Shown here piece after piece: positions 14,016 to 25,841 of a DNA stretch of 64,000 nucleotides. This DNA is from Trichoplax sp. H2. Its lineage: Eukaryota. Within the stretch, counting starts at the first letter, position 1. Every line of letters begins with the position of its first letter. The translations under genes were made by a program, and so were the position numbers. Location: the NCBI GenBank assembly GCA_003344405.1, contig NOWV01000002.1:248001-312000 (forward strand), written 5' to 3'. Below the pieces are notes generated by a model. The model made no database searches and was not told the DNA's origin. It saw only the letters and a list, made by a program, of their open reading frames with translations.

Positions 14016-17000
14016 ATGGGAGGTAAAAGAATAGTTTAGTTTAATTAATCAATCAATTAATATAAGTAAATGTACTGGTAAATTAGTTCAATCTTGATAG
14101 AAGTGCTATTCTCCTGTCTAGTCACAACCTATGATATTAAATACACTCTAATAAATAATAAAATAGAACATAGGAAAATGTTACAGCTGTCAGCCTAAAC
14201 GAGGTATACTAAATTGGTTCTTACTGGATGCATATAGACTAAATAATCCTTAATTAATTATGATATTTTTTATTATTCAATTCGTTACAGCACAATGCCA
14301 CAAAGTAAAAATTCGTGCTGCTAGAACTTGAAGTACGCTTATACTAGTACTTTACTATAATCTTCTCTACCCATAATTCATCATTCGTAACTTCACGAAT
14401 ATAATAATACAATTTCAAAGGCCAAAGTATTCATTTACCTGATTTTCTACTCTAGTTTATTCGTGATCCTTACCAAGTTAGTTTAAAAGTAGAATATTTT
14501 TATTCAAATAAAACACAAGATTTTGTTACTAATGCAATAATTAACTAAGGCATACATCACGCCATTCAATGATCCTTTGCGTAGCTTAATATTGAATACA
14601 TTGCTTTCCTCAATGATATAAATTTATTTTTCTAACCGTTTGTATTCAAAGTTTGCACAAGTTTTCAATACTGTGAATACTGATGTTGTTGCTTAGTGAT
14701 ATATTGAATAATAGCAATTATTGTCGATTACTATAGCGCTTTCTTCATTTTTATGTTTCAATATTTTGACTAATATCTTACTTTATCTAGCCTTTCGCTT
14801 GTTAGTAAGCCCAAAATTCAAAAGATGGGATTTGGATTCTCCAAGGTTAGTAGATACGTAGCCTTCAATATAATCTGACAGCCACCATATATTTTCAATT
14901 TTAATTTCTAAATCAGGTATATACTTGCGATTTGTGAAATAGATGAGTAGGCCATTTCTGAGCACCATCATTATATTCATATCTGCAATTAAAAATTTTG
15001 CCAATAACAGAGATACATTCCGTATTTTGTGCATTGAAAGTGATCTAAATTTATTTAATATAGTTTGCAGTATTTGTTGTACATTCTCAACTTTGATTTT
15101 TAGCCGGTATCTACTTACATATTTTTAAATTAACATTGATGAATTCTGAGCACTATTATCAACATGTCATCAAGACCCCATTTTCAGTGAGAATTTCGGC
15201 ATTGACGTAGGAAGATTCCTTCCTATCTTCCATTTTAAATATCATGCAATTTTCATTATCTACCGCCGGATGCATTCTCTTTATTTGTACTTGCTATGTA
15301 TCAGAGTGAACAATGATGAAACAGTTTACATAGCAATGTAATGATACAAAATGGATATTAATACTCCATGCTACTTGTACCGCTAATATTAATGCATGGA
15401 ATATTGCGAGATATAATCGATCATACTACAGTATTTTAAATGATCATAGCTATCTCACGAATATCAAAAGAAACCTTACTTATCTTCAAGCAATTTAAAT
15501 TTTTACGCGTAACTTAAACACCTTCCGTTCTCGAAAAAATTAAATATAACCGAAAACACAATTGTGATTAAGTACCCTCTCGAATTGTTGCAGCTCTGTA
15601 CTCTTTAAAAATGAAATTGAGTATTTTAAAAGAAATCTATTTCTAGTATGCTACAGCATTGGGTCTTAGAAATTTTAAATTCTTGGCTTTTTACCTAATT
15701 TATGAAACTATATCTGAACTATATATCCAAGAAACAATTCCGAATTTTATTCCTTGTTAATTATTTTGCCTTAAAGATGACCACCTAACTACATCGTTAC
15801 TTTACTATTTCTTGCTGTTCGTATACTACAGTACTCTAGAAATTTTATTTATTGTTCCAAATGTCATGAGGTAATAAGGTACCAATAATTTTTGTAGATT
15901 GCAGTTAATGCTGTATTTTATTTTCAGATACTTCCGGGTCTATACGTAGGAAAACTTGCTGGTAATGATGTAATAATGATAGAAAAGAAGCTGATCAATA
16001 TCCAGTTAATTTCAAATTGTATTTTTATTATATGGTCGGCACATAAGTCAAGATGACGATAAACTATAGTTTAATATATGAATCCCTAAATTTGAAATTA
16101 AATAATATGTCATTACCTTCGTTTCCAGCAATAAAATTTATAGTGAATTTACCATTAAGAAGACTTTATCACACGTATTCGTAACATTTAGTTTATGTGT
16201 TGCTGACCCAATCGGTTAGAATTCAATAGTGTATGTCTACATAAGGATTTATAAATTAATATACGTAGAAGAGACGATTGTGCTATAGATATGGTAGATG
16301 GAGGTTTACAGAATAGTAAAAGTATCATATCTCAATATGATAATGATATATCTTACGTGTAGATCCAAATAAATTTAGGTTATAACAAAGTAACTCTCTT
16401 CATTATAGATGAACAGAGTAAGAGAAGGTTGAAATTTAATGGCATCACACATATATTGTCCATTTATGAGCTAGCCAAACCAACTCATAAGGTGATTAAG
16501 TGATACTATTTCATAGTCTATGTAAGCCATTTATTCATCTATTTCAGCTTATTAAGGTGTAAAAGGGTATTGCATGAAATGACGATAATAACAGTTTTAA
16601 TTTGATTGTTGCTGTGGCAATTGCCTAGCATTACTTAGTCTCGCTAGCAAATAGACCTCAAGGCACTATCGATCTATTAGCAATATCGTTATCTGACTAA
16701 ATGCACGTTTATGTTATGCTATGCAATTTTAGAATAAAGCTAAATTATATTTCTAATTTACTGGTATACGAATGATCCTTTTAGGAATACAAGTATAAGT
16801 GTATTCGTATACCTGATCATGAACATCAAGATATGTGAGTAATAAAAGTAAACTATCTCTATCCAGATGATTCAAATTTAATTGCTCAAACAATGGCGAA
16901 GCTTTATTGATATTCTTGTAGCCTGTTTTGGATATTACTTACATATTATAAATTGTTTAATATGATAGATCTCAATTCTTCAAAGAATGCATCGAATTTA

Positions 17001-17738
17001 TACATGAATGCCGGTATGACGAAAACCTAATATTAACGTGCCAAGCATATTTTTTATTTTAAGTTGTCAATTTTGAATTATCTGAATTGTATCGATTATA
17101 AAAATTCCTGAATTAACTCGCTATTTACGTATGTTGTCTATAGGATACACAATGGATCTGTTTTAGTTCATTGGTAAGTAATAAACTAGCATGCAACGAT
17201 ATTCTACAACATTTTCGTATTGGTATCTGGAAAGTGAACAAGCAAAAATCATTGCTTTATAGCGTCTGTGGAGTTTCTCGTTCCGTCACCGTTGTTGCAG
17301 CTTATTTAATGGCTATTAGTAATATATCCTGGAGACAGTCACTAAATGCAGTTAAAGCTTCTCGAACACAGGCCAACCCGAATTCAGGATTTCGCCGTCA
17401 ATTGATGAAGTTTGAAGAGCGCCAGCTAGCGGAGGTACAAGCTTAGCAAACTTGCTGTAGCTATGCCATGAGAGCTTTATGTACATTGCATAGACGCGTA
17501 TCACCAACTTCTTTCCATGCCTATGAGATATAAGATATTGTAAATGCATCCTTAAAACTTTTCAATCACTTAACATTAACTGGATGCACTATGATGTAAT
17601 ACTTACTTCATATCTTTGTTAATATAGCTAAGAAAAGAATTAAAAGAGAAATACCCTGAATATAATCCATCTTATGACGATGGATATCTTGAAGAATTAT
17701 TACGAAAAATGTCATCTTCATCTCCGATATTGATGTAG
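14016..17738 (+). CDS. Atypical dual-specificity phosphatase, DUSP22/DUSP15-like, tandem copy 1 (start exons tentative)
   Basis: Exons ILPGLYVGKLA (from 15928), GITHILSIYE, YKCIRIPDHEHQD, FFKECIEFIHECR, GSVLVHC|VCGVSRSVTVVAAYLM...RTQANPNSGFRRQL; TAG at 17736-17738. N-terminus MG|AVSLNE inferred from two microexons at 14016 and about 14186-14202. Confidence 0.85.
14505..15125 (-). pseudogene. Decayed, unidentified reading frame, probably antisense within an intron of DUSP copy 1
   Basis: One minus-strand frame is open about 15125-14783 (includes the 83-aa track ORF) and continues to about 14505 with only three internal stops, unusual for AT-rich DNA. No family recognised. Confidence 0.3.
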
Positions 17739-19039
17739 AATTGATATAATTTACAAATTACGTTTTAAACCTATATTTTTGTTTCTTTTCTATTATCCAA
17801 AGTATTTTATCGTTTTGACTAGGTTTCGTCTGAGTTGAAATAGTTCATAATTTAATCTGGCATTCCCAGCAATGGGATATCCTAAAAATCAATATTTTAG
17901 TAGACAAATAAGTGAAATATATCGCCTAATTCATTTTTACAGGAATGGATACAAAAGAACTTTAATCTTATTAAATAATTGGTTGCTTGTAATAGCTGGC
18001 AGAAATACTATAATTGCGGTGATCTGAGAAACATCTTAATGATCTTATTAACCATGCCGTCTACGCTCAAAATTTTTTATATCAATTACTAAATTAATTT
18101 TCACCTTTTGTTTGTTATCAAAAGGTAATAATGCAGAAAATAATAGTACTGTATATGTTACTAAGCACAGTGATAAAGTGATAAAATTTAGTTGATAAAA
18201 ATTAGCTTTTTTCTACTTCTGCCAATTCAGTAGTATTTGAGGGCATTACTATTGCTATGTATTAATTCTAGTATTATATTTTATCGTTAGTTTTAGTGGT
18301 AGATAATCTTATATATTCACATGCAAAATCTATCAGTTCACTTAATGTGATCAATTATTCATATTACAGTAGAAGGATTCTACAAATAATTAAATAGCAG
18401 AGACACCGTAGTCATAGTCGCATTGTTATTATGTATGATTTAGATATCTTTAATTCTACGTAGAGCGTAAGATTCCGTGTCCAGTTACCTTAGGAAGGAA
18501 ACATACGTTCAGATCCTTATATTCCATAGCATTTTAGAATAGAAATATCGCTTAATTCCATACAAATATCTTTAATGGGATTTAGATTTAAATGGTAAAA
18601 GTAATTCTATTTTGTGTCACATACAAGATTTCGCATCAATAAATATATAGTCTGTGCGTATAGTGCGTATGAACTACCGATTCAATTGGATGAAGACCTT
18701 TTTTTAGTAGATTTGCCTCTATTATTAGCCATATTTTGGCTGAGTGTCACTATAAACATTACGACAAGTTTAGAGACCAGCCTAAAATAAGATACAAAGC
18801 AATGGATGCTATTGGATAAGGACTTTTTACTCACCGGAGTCTGTTGGTAGTAGACAAATTTATACGAGTATGCGGTCTAATTGTGCCGTCGATATTTATT
18901 GATCGTAGATCTAGCTTACTAATTATAATTGCCAATGCTGTGGCTGATCAATTGTACTTCTCAATCTTAAGGATAAGTTTGATAGGTGGCCTAAGATCGT
19001 TTCTGATACATACTCTACTCAAAAAAGGCAGAGTGCTAT

Positions 19040-19860
19040 TTAATGCAAGTCTTTATAGCATCGAAACATCTTTTATCCAGTACTTCGTTCCATCTTATAC
19101 CTGCTATTAGTAGCCTGTATCGATTGCTACAACATCAGAAAGGTTCAGACCTTTCTTCAATTGAAAATTCGAAAAAAAACAGTAGTATTGGTCTATATTG
19201 ACACACTGAAAGCAGACTGTTCATTCAATACAGAAAAGCTCTCATCTAATTAATTAATGAGCCACTCAATACAAATCTTTGTAGCATCGAAACATGCCTT
19301 ATCCGGCATTTCATTCCATCTTATACCTGATATTGATAGCCTATATCTATTACTACAACATCAGAAAGGCTCCCTCCTTACTTCAAGGGCTACTCAATGC
19401 AAGTCTTTATTGCATCGGAACACGCTTTATCCGGCACTTTATTCCATCTTCTACCTGCTATTGGTAGTCTATATCTATTACTACAAGATCAGAAAGGCTT
19501 GGGCCTTGTCTTTAAACTGAAAGCCTTCAAAATAACAGTAGTATTGGTCTGATTTTATAGGCAGTTTCTAATTAATTATCAACTGAAGGCAGACTGCTAA
19601 TCCAATACAAAAACGTCCTCTCTCCTTGTTTAATTAACGTGCTACTCCATGCAGTTCATTATACTGTGGCATCAAAAGATGCCCTATCCAGTACTTTATT
19701 TCATCTTATATCCAATATTAGTAGCCTATATCTATAACTATAACATCAGAAAGGCTTGGGCCTTGTCTTCAAGCTAAAATTGGAAAAAAAAGACTTCTAT
19801 TAAGTGGATTTATATGCAGTTTATTGATTGAAAGCAGACTGCTAATTTAGCAAAGCTCTC
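19040..19860. repeat. Degenerate tandem repeat, 4 copies of about 120-250 nt, upstream of DUSP copy 2
   Basis: Core gcatcgaaaca..ttatccrgyactt..ttccatcttatacctg.tatt.gtagcctatatctatt.ctacaa.atcagaaagg recurs near 19057, 19284, 19412 and 19669. Confidence 0.85.
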
Positions 19861-20123
19861 CCTTCTGATTTCATTTCCTTTGACTGAGTTTGCGTAATGA
19901 TAGTCTATCCACCCACCGTCCAGTTTACTATTCGATATTGAAGATTTCAATTTGGCATAGAAAACTGGGTGGACTACAGTTGCTAAAACTGTATTGGAGT
20001 AGAGAGACTCAGAATTGGAGCTATAACTATCCTATACCCCCAAAATTAACTTTCGATTTAATATTGAACGTAGAAATACTATAGGATATCGATCTAACAA
20101 CGCTGCTATCTATTCCACTTCTC

Positions 20124-23100
20124 ATGATGGGTCTAGGAATGTGTAAGGTAAGATGAACGCTATTCTAAATCTACTTTTCAAGTAGTTACAATAACTACTT
20201 TGATTGGGCAAATTCTGTTCTAGCACTATAGGAGAGTTCAAGGAAGCCAATAGCAATGACTGTTGATTTTAATATTGTACACGATCATTTTTATTTTACT
20301 TTGACATGGAAATAATACTACACCTCTAGATCGTAATTTCTTACACCATTACACATGATGAGAGATAATTCTGTTATATCCCATCAATCATATTCAATCG
20401 ACAAATCAATCTAATTTAATACAGTAATTGATTATAAGCGGTTCTCATCGATATACTATACGTACTGCATAAATTAAAGCGTTATAGCACATTTCTGTCT
20501 TGTGCGCTACTAAAAAGACTCTAAATTGATGCAACGATGATTGGGTTATTCAACACCGAGTACATGATTTTTCTTTCAGGTATCTTTGATTCTAGAGTTT
20601 TATAAAGCTTCTTTCTTCAGTAGTTTCTGCTTTTACACCCATGACTCGATTGTACAGTAACTGAATACTTTAACAGCAGTAGTTAGAATTGATTCAGAAT
20701 CAAAATTTCAAATGACAAAAGCAGATTACGGTAATGAAATTGTTAGATTATACAAATTTGCATAGGATAGAAAAAAGCCTTCATATACACTCATACAGTA
20801 GTAGACTATTTATAAACAATTATGATGTCTAAAGTTAGGTTTCTTCTACACCGTTTATGACCTATTCGGAAATGTCAGCAAGTTACTTTCGAGTACAATC
20901 TATACAACATCGAAAGATGACGAAATGACTACGTCGTCTAGGCAATTTAAATAGTGGATAAAATCATATATCACATATACTATCACCAATATATTATACG
21001 TATATCATTCATCCAATTCTAGATAGAGTGATGTATAATACTAGATTCACAACATCAGTTAAAGTATATCACTATTTTTCAATACTTAATGATAATTATG
21101 ATTGATAAGTAGACTACCCTATTTGCTACATGCACGCAATCAATGACGTCTGAATGTGACTTTTACTGTATCTATTTGATTACTTTTTCTATTTTTACAA
21201 ACGCGATAATATGTTAGTACAAAGATATAAAAATATTCTAGTTGACTTCCATCATTTTAATCAATCTTTTTATATTGCCACTTAAACTTTTAATCTGGTC
21301 ATCTTATCGCATCATAGGCGTATAAATTGAATATAACGCTAAGCCTGCCTAGACCAGTACGCTAAAATAGTAAATTTATTATAGTCTATTTCAAGAGTTG
21401 GCCACATCAAAATCATACCATCGAAATTAAACCCTTTATCATTAGGCTAATCATTCTTTTCTATATCTAATGTCTATTACCGTGGCCTATAGAATCAATT
21501 CATCCCAATTAGTTGCACGATATTTATTTCTACCTACTACCAGTTGAAAACAGTGTGTTAGTAAGCTTGGTGAGAAACTGCGATATACCGTAGTTACACG
21601 GTAAGACTATGTCTTGCAATAATTTATACTCCAATTTGATAAGTAAACGTGATTTTATAGCTTACGAAAAAAAATCCATGTCAGGAATACGCCCGTATTT
21701 CACTTGGATAACAGATAGTTATCCATCAATCAGTATCGTTTAACTCGTTCACAATTGCTCATCTATTTGCTTACCGTACACATTGAATGGTAATATTTGG
21801 TTACTAAAAGCCATTTTCTATTTTTCTATTTCTGTTTTGCTATAGATTTTGCCAGGTCTCTATGTTGGCAGCTATCGAGGTATGAATTAGCAACCGTCAT
21901 GACAAACTAATCATTTTTACGCAATAACAGATTACTGACTATGTCCATCAAGTTTCCTTTGCAAAAATACTCAAAATATATTCTACGTTATAGATTAAAT
22001 GAATAGTTGATGTTGATCGTATAATATACCCCACTAGTAATTATTAACAAGAATAACTACGAGTATATATATACATATCAAAGGGGTATAAAAATTAAAT
22101 TTTAATTTCGAGGTAGTTATAACATCAATTCTTTTACGATTATTTTACTTTGGTAAATCAGCTTTGGACGACGGATATCAGCGTAGAAATGAGATATTAA
22201 GGTCTAATCTAATGTAAATTGCGTATTTTTGACTCAATAGTTATCATTACATAGATATAAATAATATGTAAGGATAGCTTTCGTAATAGAAGAACGAGTA
22301 AAGGCTATACAATTAACTTTCACCAATTTACATGATAATAATACTTTATTCCAGGCTTTTACAGTTTGCTATAATGTTGATTTTAAAAGACTATTTCAAT
22401 ATACCATATTTCTTTCATTCAATTATAAATCATCATTCACCGATACAAGGGTATAATTAGTGAAAATTTATTTGGAGGTTGTACTCACTGATAAACTTCT
22501 TACCATTTAACCTTTATCAGATGTACACGATAATAATCAGTTAAAGAAAAATGGTATCACTCATATTTTGGCCGTACACGATAACTCAAGGCCTTTACAT
22601 GATGTAAGTTTGCCTAGTTAACCTTATAGGGCATCATACGTAAGTATTTGTAAGATCTATATAGACAACAGTATCCGAAAGTATCCTTTTAACTTACTAG
22701 AGACTTTAGGAAGGATACCGACAATAGAGGATACATTTTTATTACGGTACCTCATTTCAGTTTGTTCAATTTAATTAGTAAATTTTAGTCATAGGTTTAG
22801 CACAGCGGATAATTCTTCGCTATAGCACAAAATTTTAAATTCTTTCTCGTTAAAAAAATTACGTAAAGCCTTATTTAAGTAGATTAATTAAAAATTTTTA
22901 ATGGTAAACTTGATAGAAATTAACCTAATTAAAATATGAGACGAAAGAAATAAGCGATTAAAGTTATAATTCGTGGCGAATGATAGAGTTAGTAAAATAA
23001 TACAAAGTAGAATTTTTACTAGTTAAAATTTTCTTCTATAATATTTTTAACGTTATTAGTACATCACATTATGGTCATCCACAAATTACAGTAGTCTTAA

Positions 23101-24342
23101 AATAAAACAAAATATTCGTATAGGTATTTTTATGCGTCTATTATTAAACTTCTGCTGATCGTTTGATTGAAATCAATTATAGCATATGGTCTACAAATGC
23201 ATAGAATGCATGGATACGCCTCAACAAGATATGTAAGCGCTACAGTAAATGTGAAAACTAGAAACTATTGATTAAAATTGATAACCATATCTTCAACTTC
23301 TGAATTCGTATTGATGCTTGCTATCTGATTATTTTATAGTTAAAATATTTTAGAAAGCTTTCTAATTTTAGTAAAAATATGCGTATTCTTTTTTCTTTGA
23401 TTTGATAATAAATAACTACCTTGCATCGAAATTAATATCCAATATATTTACGTCAATTTTATTTTCATCCCTTTTAATCTTTATGTCTAAATAATATCTG
23501 CATTGTAGATCGCAACATTTCCGAGAATGCATTAATTTTATCCATCGGAGCAGGTACGTACTCGCGAAGATTATTTCTACTGTAGTCTCTATGTTGCTAA
23601 TAACACTGAATAATTTGAGACATTCAATTCTGTCCTCTTACCTTAATTTTTAGAATCAATGATGGATCAGTCTTAGTTCACTGGTAAGGCTACATGCTTG
23701 TAAATTAATACCTATTCTACTATCATATGTTAGTATTAGCTACTTTTATATATCATTACGATATTGGATTAGGTAATTAATTGGTCTAAATGAATTTTAC
23801 CTTTGATTTACTAACGATATATAATCTATAGAAGCGTTATAGGTGATTAAAAATGTTGTTATCGATGTACTAGTATATATTAAAAAGTTGTCTTATTTAC
23901 GATTATATCTAGTCTGGCTGGAGTATCACGATCAGTGACGATCGTACTTGCATATTTAATAACAGTCACTGATATGAAATGGGAAGACGCTTTAAAAGCT
24001 GTTAGAGCATCTCGTACGCAAGCAAATCCTAACTTGGGATTTCGAAGGCAATTACAGATATACACAGAAACTATGCTAGCAGAGGTAATTATAATGCCTT
24101 ATTTACAGAAATTATACTCCGTGATACAGCGTGTATATAATATAGTTCTAATGTACGAAATAATCTAATCATAAATTTATTAGACTAAAAAAGAACTTCG
24201 CGAAAGTTATCCTGACTACGAACCCACAAACGACAGTAAAGAACTAGATATACTCTTAGAAAAGGGTAAAAACATGAAGCAATACATGGATGATGACGAT
24301 CGAGTATTCACCTTTCCTATTGATGCATATAAGAATGATTAG
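20124..24342 (+). CDS. Dual-specificity phosphatase DUSP22/DUSP15 (JSP-1)-like, tandem copy 2
   Basis: (M)MGLGMCK|ILPGLYVGSYR|DVHDNNQLKKNGITHILAVHDNSRPLHD|HMVYKCIECMDTPQQD|ISQHFRECINFIHRSR|INDGSVLVHC|LAGVSRSVTIVLAYLITVTDMKWEDALKAVRASRTQANPNLGFRRQL. Canonical HCxxGxSR motif; TAG at 24340-24342; same intron positions as copy 1. Confidence 0.92.
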
Positions 24343-25841
24343 AAAATACTCCAAGTTCCGCATCGTGAGTTTCTGCTAGATTTAGATTACGTGCATTTAC
24401 ATAATTATAGAATGTCATTTTGACAATAACTAAGTTCGGTTATGAGTTAGTTTTTAATCCTGGTAAACCTGTTATATCATCTTTTTAAAACTAACTTAAT
24501 GTAATAATCGTTGCAATTGTGTTAATTAATTATTAAATATATAAGTTTGCACTTTTGTTAGAATAATCATTATTTCTAGTAAAAATGTTAGAAGAAAGTA
24601 TTCATCATTGACGAATAATAGCATTGCAGGAATGTCAATGATTCGAATCGAGTAGCTATTGTATTTAATGACATTTATGGCGATAGATGTACTGCACAAG
24701 ATCCTTTAAAGATTGATGTTGTTGTCACTTTTTTTATCTATGTGATAAAAGACATCGATTTACAGACAGTCCTATAGTACCTTTTAACTCGGCCAATTAT
24801 GATTAGCAAATAGCAAACTCTGTTTCATTATACCATTTATAATTTTTCTAGTTACGTTGAAATCTTTCCATTATAGCTTCTTTTTATATTATACTATCGA
24901 CATTATTTAAGGATAATTTTACGGTTCGTAGGAATTTTTAAGAAATATTTCTGTATAAAGTATAACCTCGGTGAATTTCATAAGGAAGTTAGATTATGTC
25001 GTTAAGAGACATAACATCGAAGTGTTATACTGTATATTGAGAGGATGTGATAATGCGATACTTTTGCTTAAATTGTGTATGATAGTCCATACGGATGATA
25101 ATGTTAATATTATTTCTCGTATTTAGCTTGGCATTTATCAAGCGATATGTTAGCTATGTTATTTTGATCCTGGTGATCTGCTGTAAAATTTATGATGTAA
25201 AAATGTCACTTGGATATATCACTGTTGGACTGTTATACTCTAACTAAGACTTTTAGCGTTCAATATAGGAAAGCTATGATGGATTCCTAAATAAAATTAG
25301 CCCTATTATATAAAATTTCATTGGCACATCATCAAATACAAAGTCAATTGTTTGAAACAGATTTATTTCTAATCGTTTTGCTCGCATCTTTCCGATTATC
25401 GAAAAAGGCATAACTTTTAAATTTGATGATAGTAAAAAATCTCAATTTGTAATTTTCAAGCCGTTATCCGATGATTTACATGTCATAATTATAATTATTA
25501 ATAATACATTGTCACCAATGATATGTCAGTAGGTACCATCTGAAACGTATACATCTAACTCATCAATTGATAACCGATTCATAGATATAATCGAATTATA
25601 ATATAATGGTTTCTAGTTACAGCGAGTGAGATCAAAGATAGAAGCATTCGAGAAATTAAAATAAAATGTCGGTTTCATATTTGGTTTTATGTTGATTACC
25701 ATAGTTGCATGCACTTCTTGACCAATAGATGGCATAGAGAAGGCAAAAGCGCTAAAAGCAACTTCTAGTTAAGGTTTACCATAACGTTACTGAAAATCAT
25801 TAGCGGATCGAAGAAAAGCTCATACATTATTTAAAGAATAG

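Noticed and set aside
15861..15878. In-frame TGA as possible selenocysteine in DUSP copy 1
   Set aside because: The position is not a conserved Cys, no SECIS was recognised, the intron would be only 49 nt, and a better alternative start exists.
18844..19520. ORFs of 87-88 aa between the DUSP copies
   Set aside because: They overlap the degenerate repeat, and frames are not preserved between repeat copies.
22681..22718. GTATCCTTTT U12-like donor in a DUSP copy 2 intron
   Set aside because: The reading frame requires the GTAAGT donor near 22604; the motif is internal and part of a small gtatcctt...aaggatac inverted repeat.
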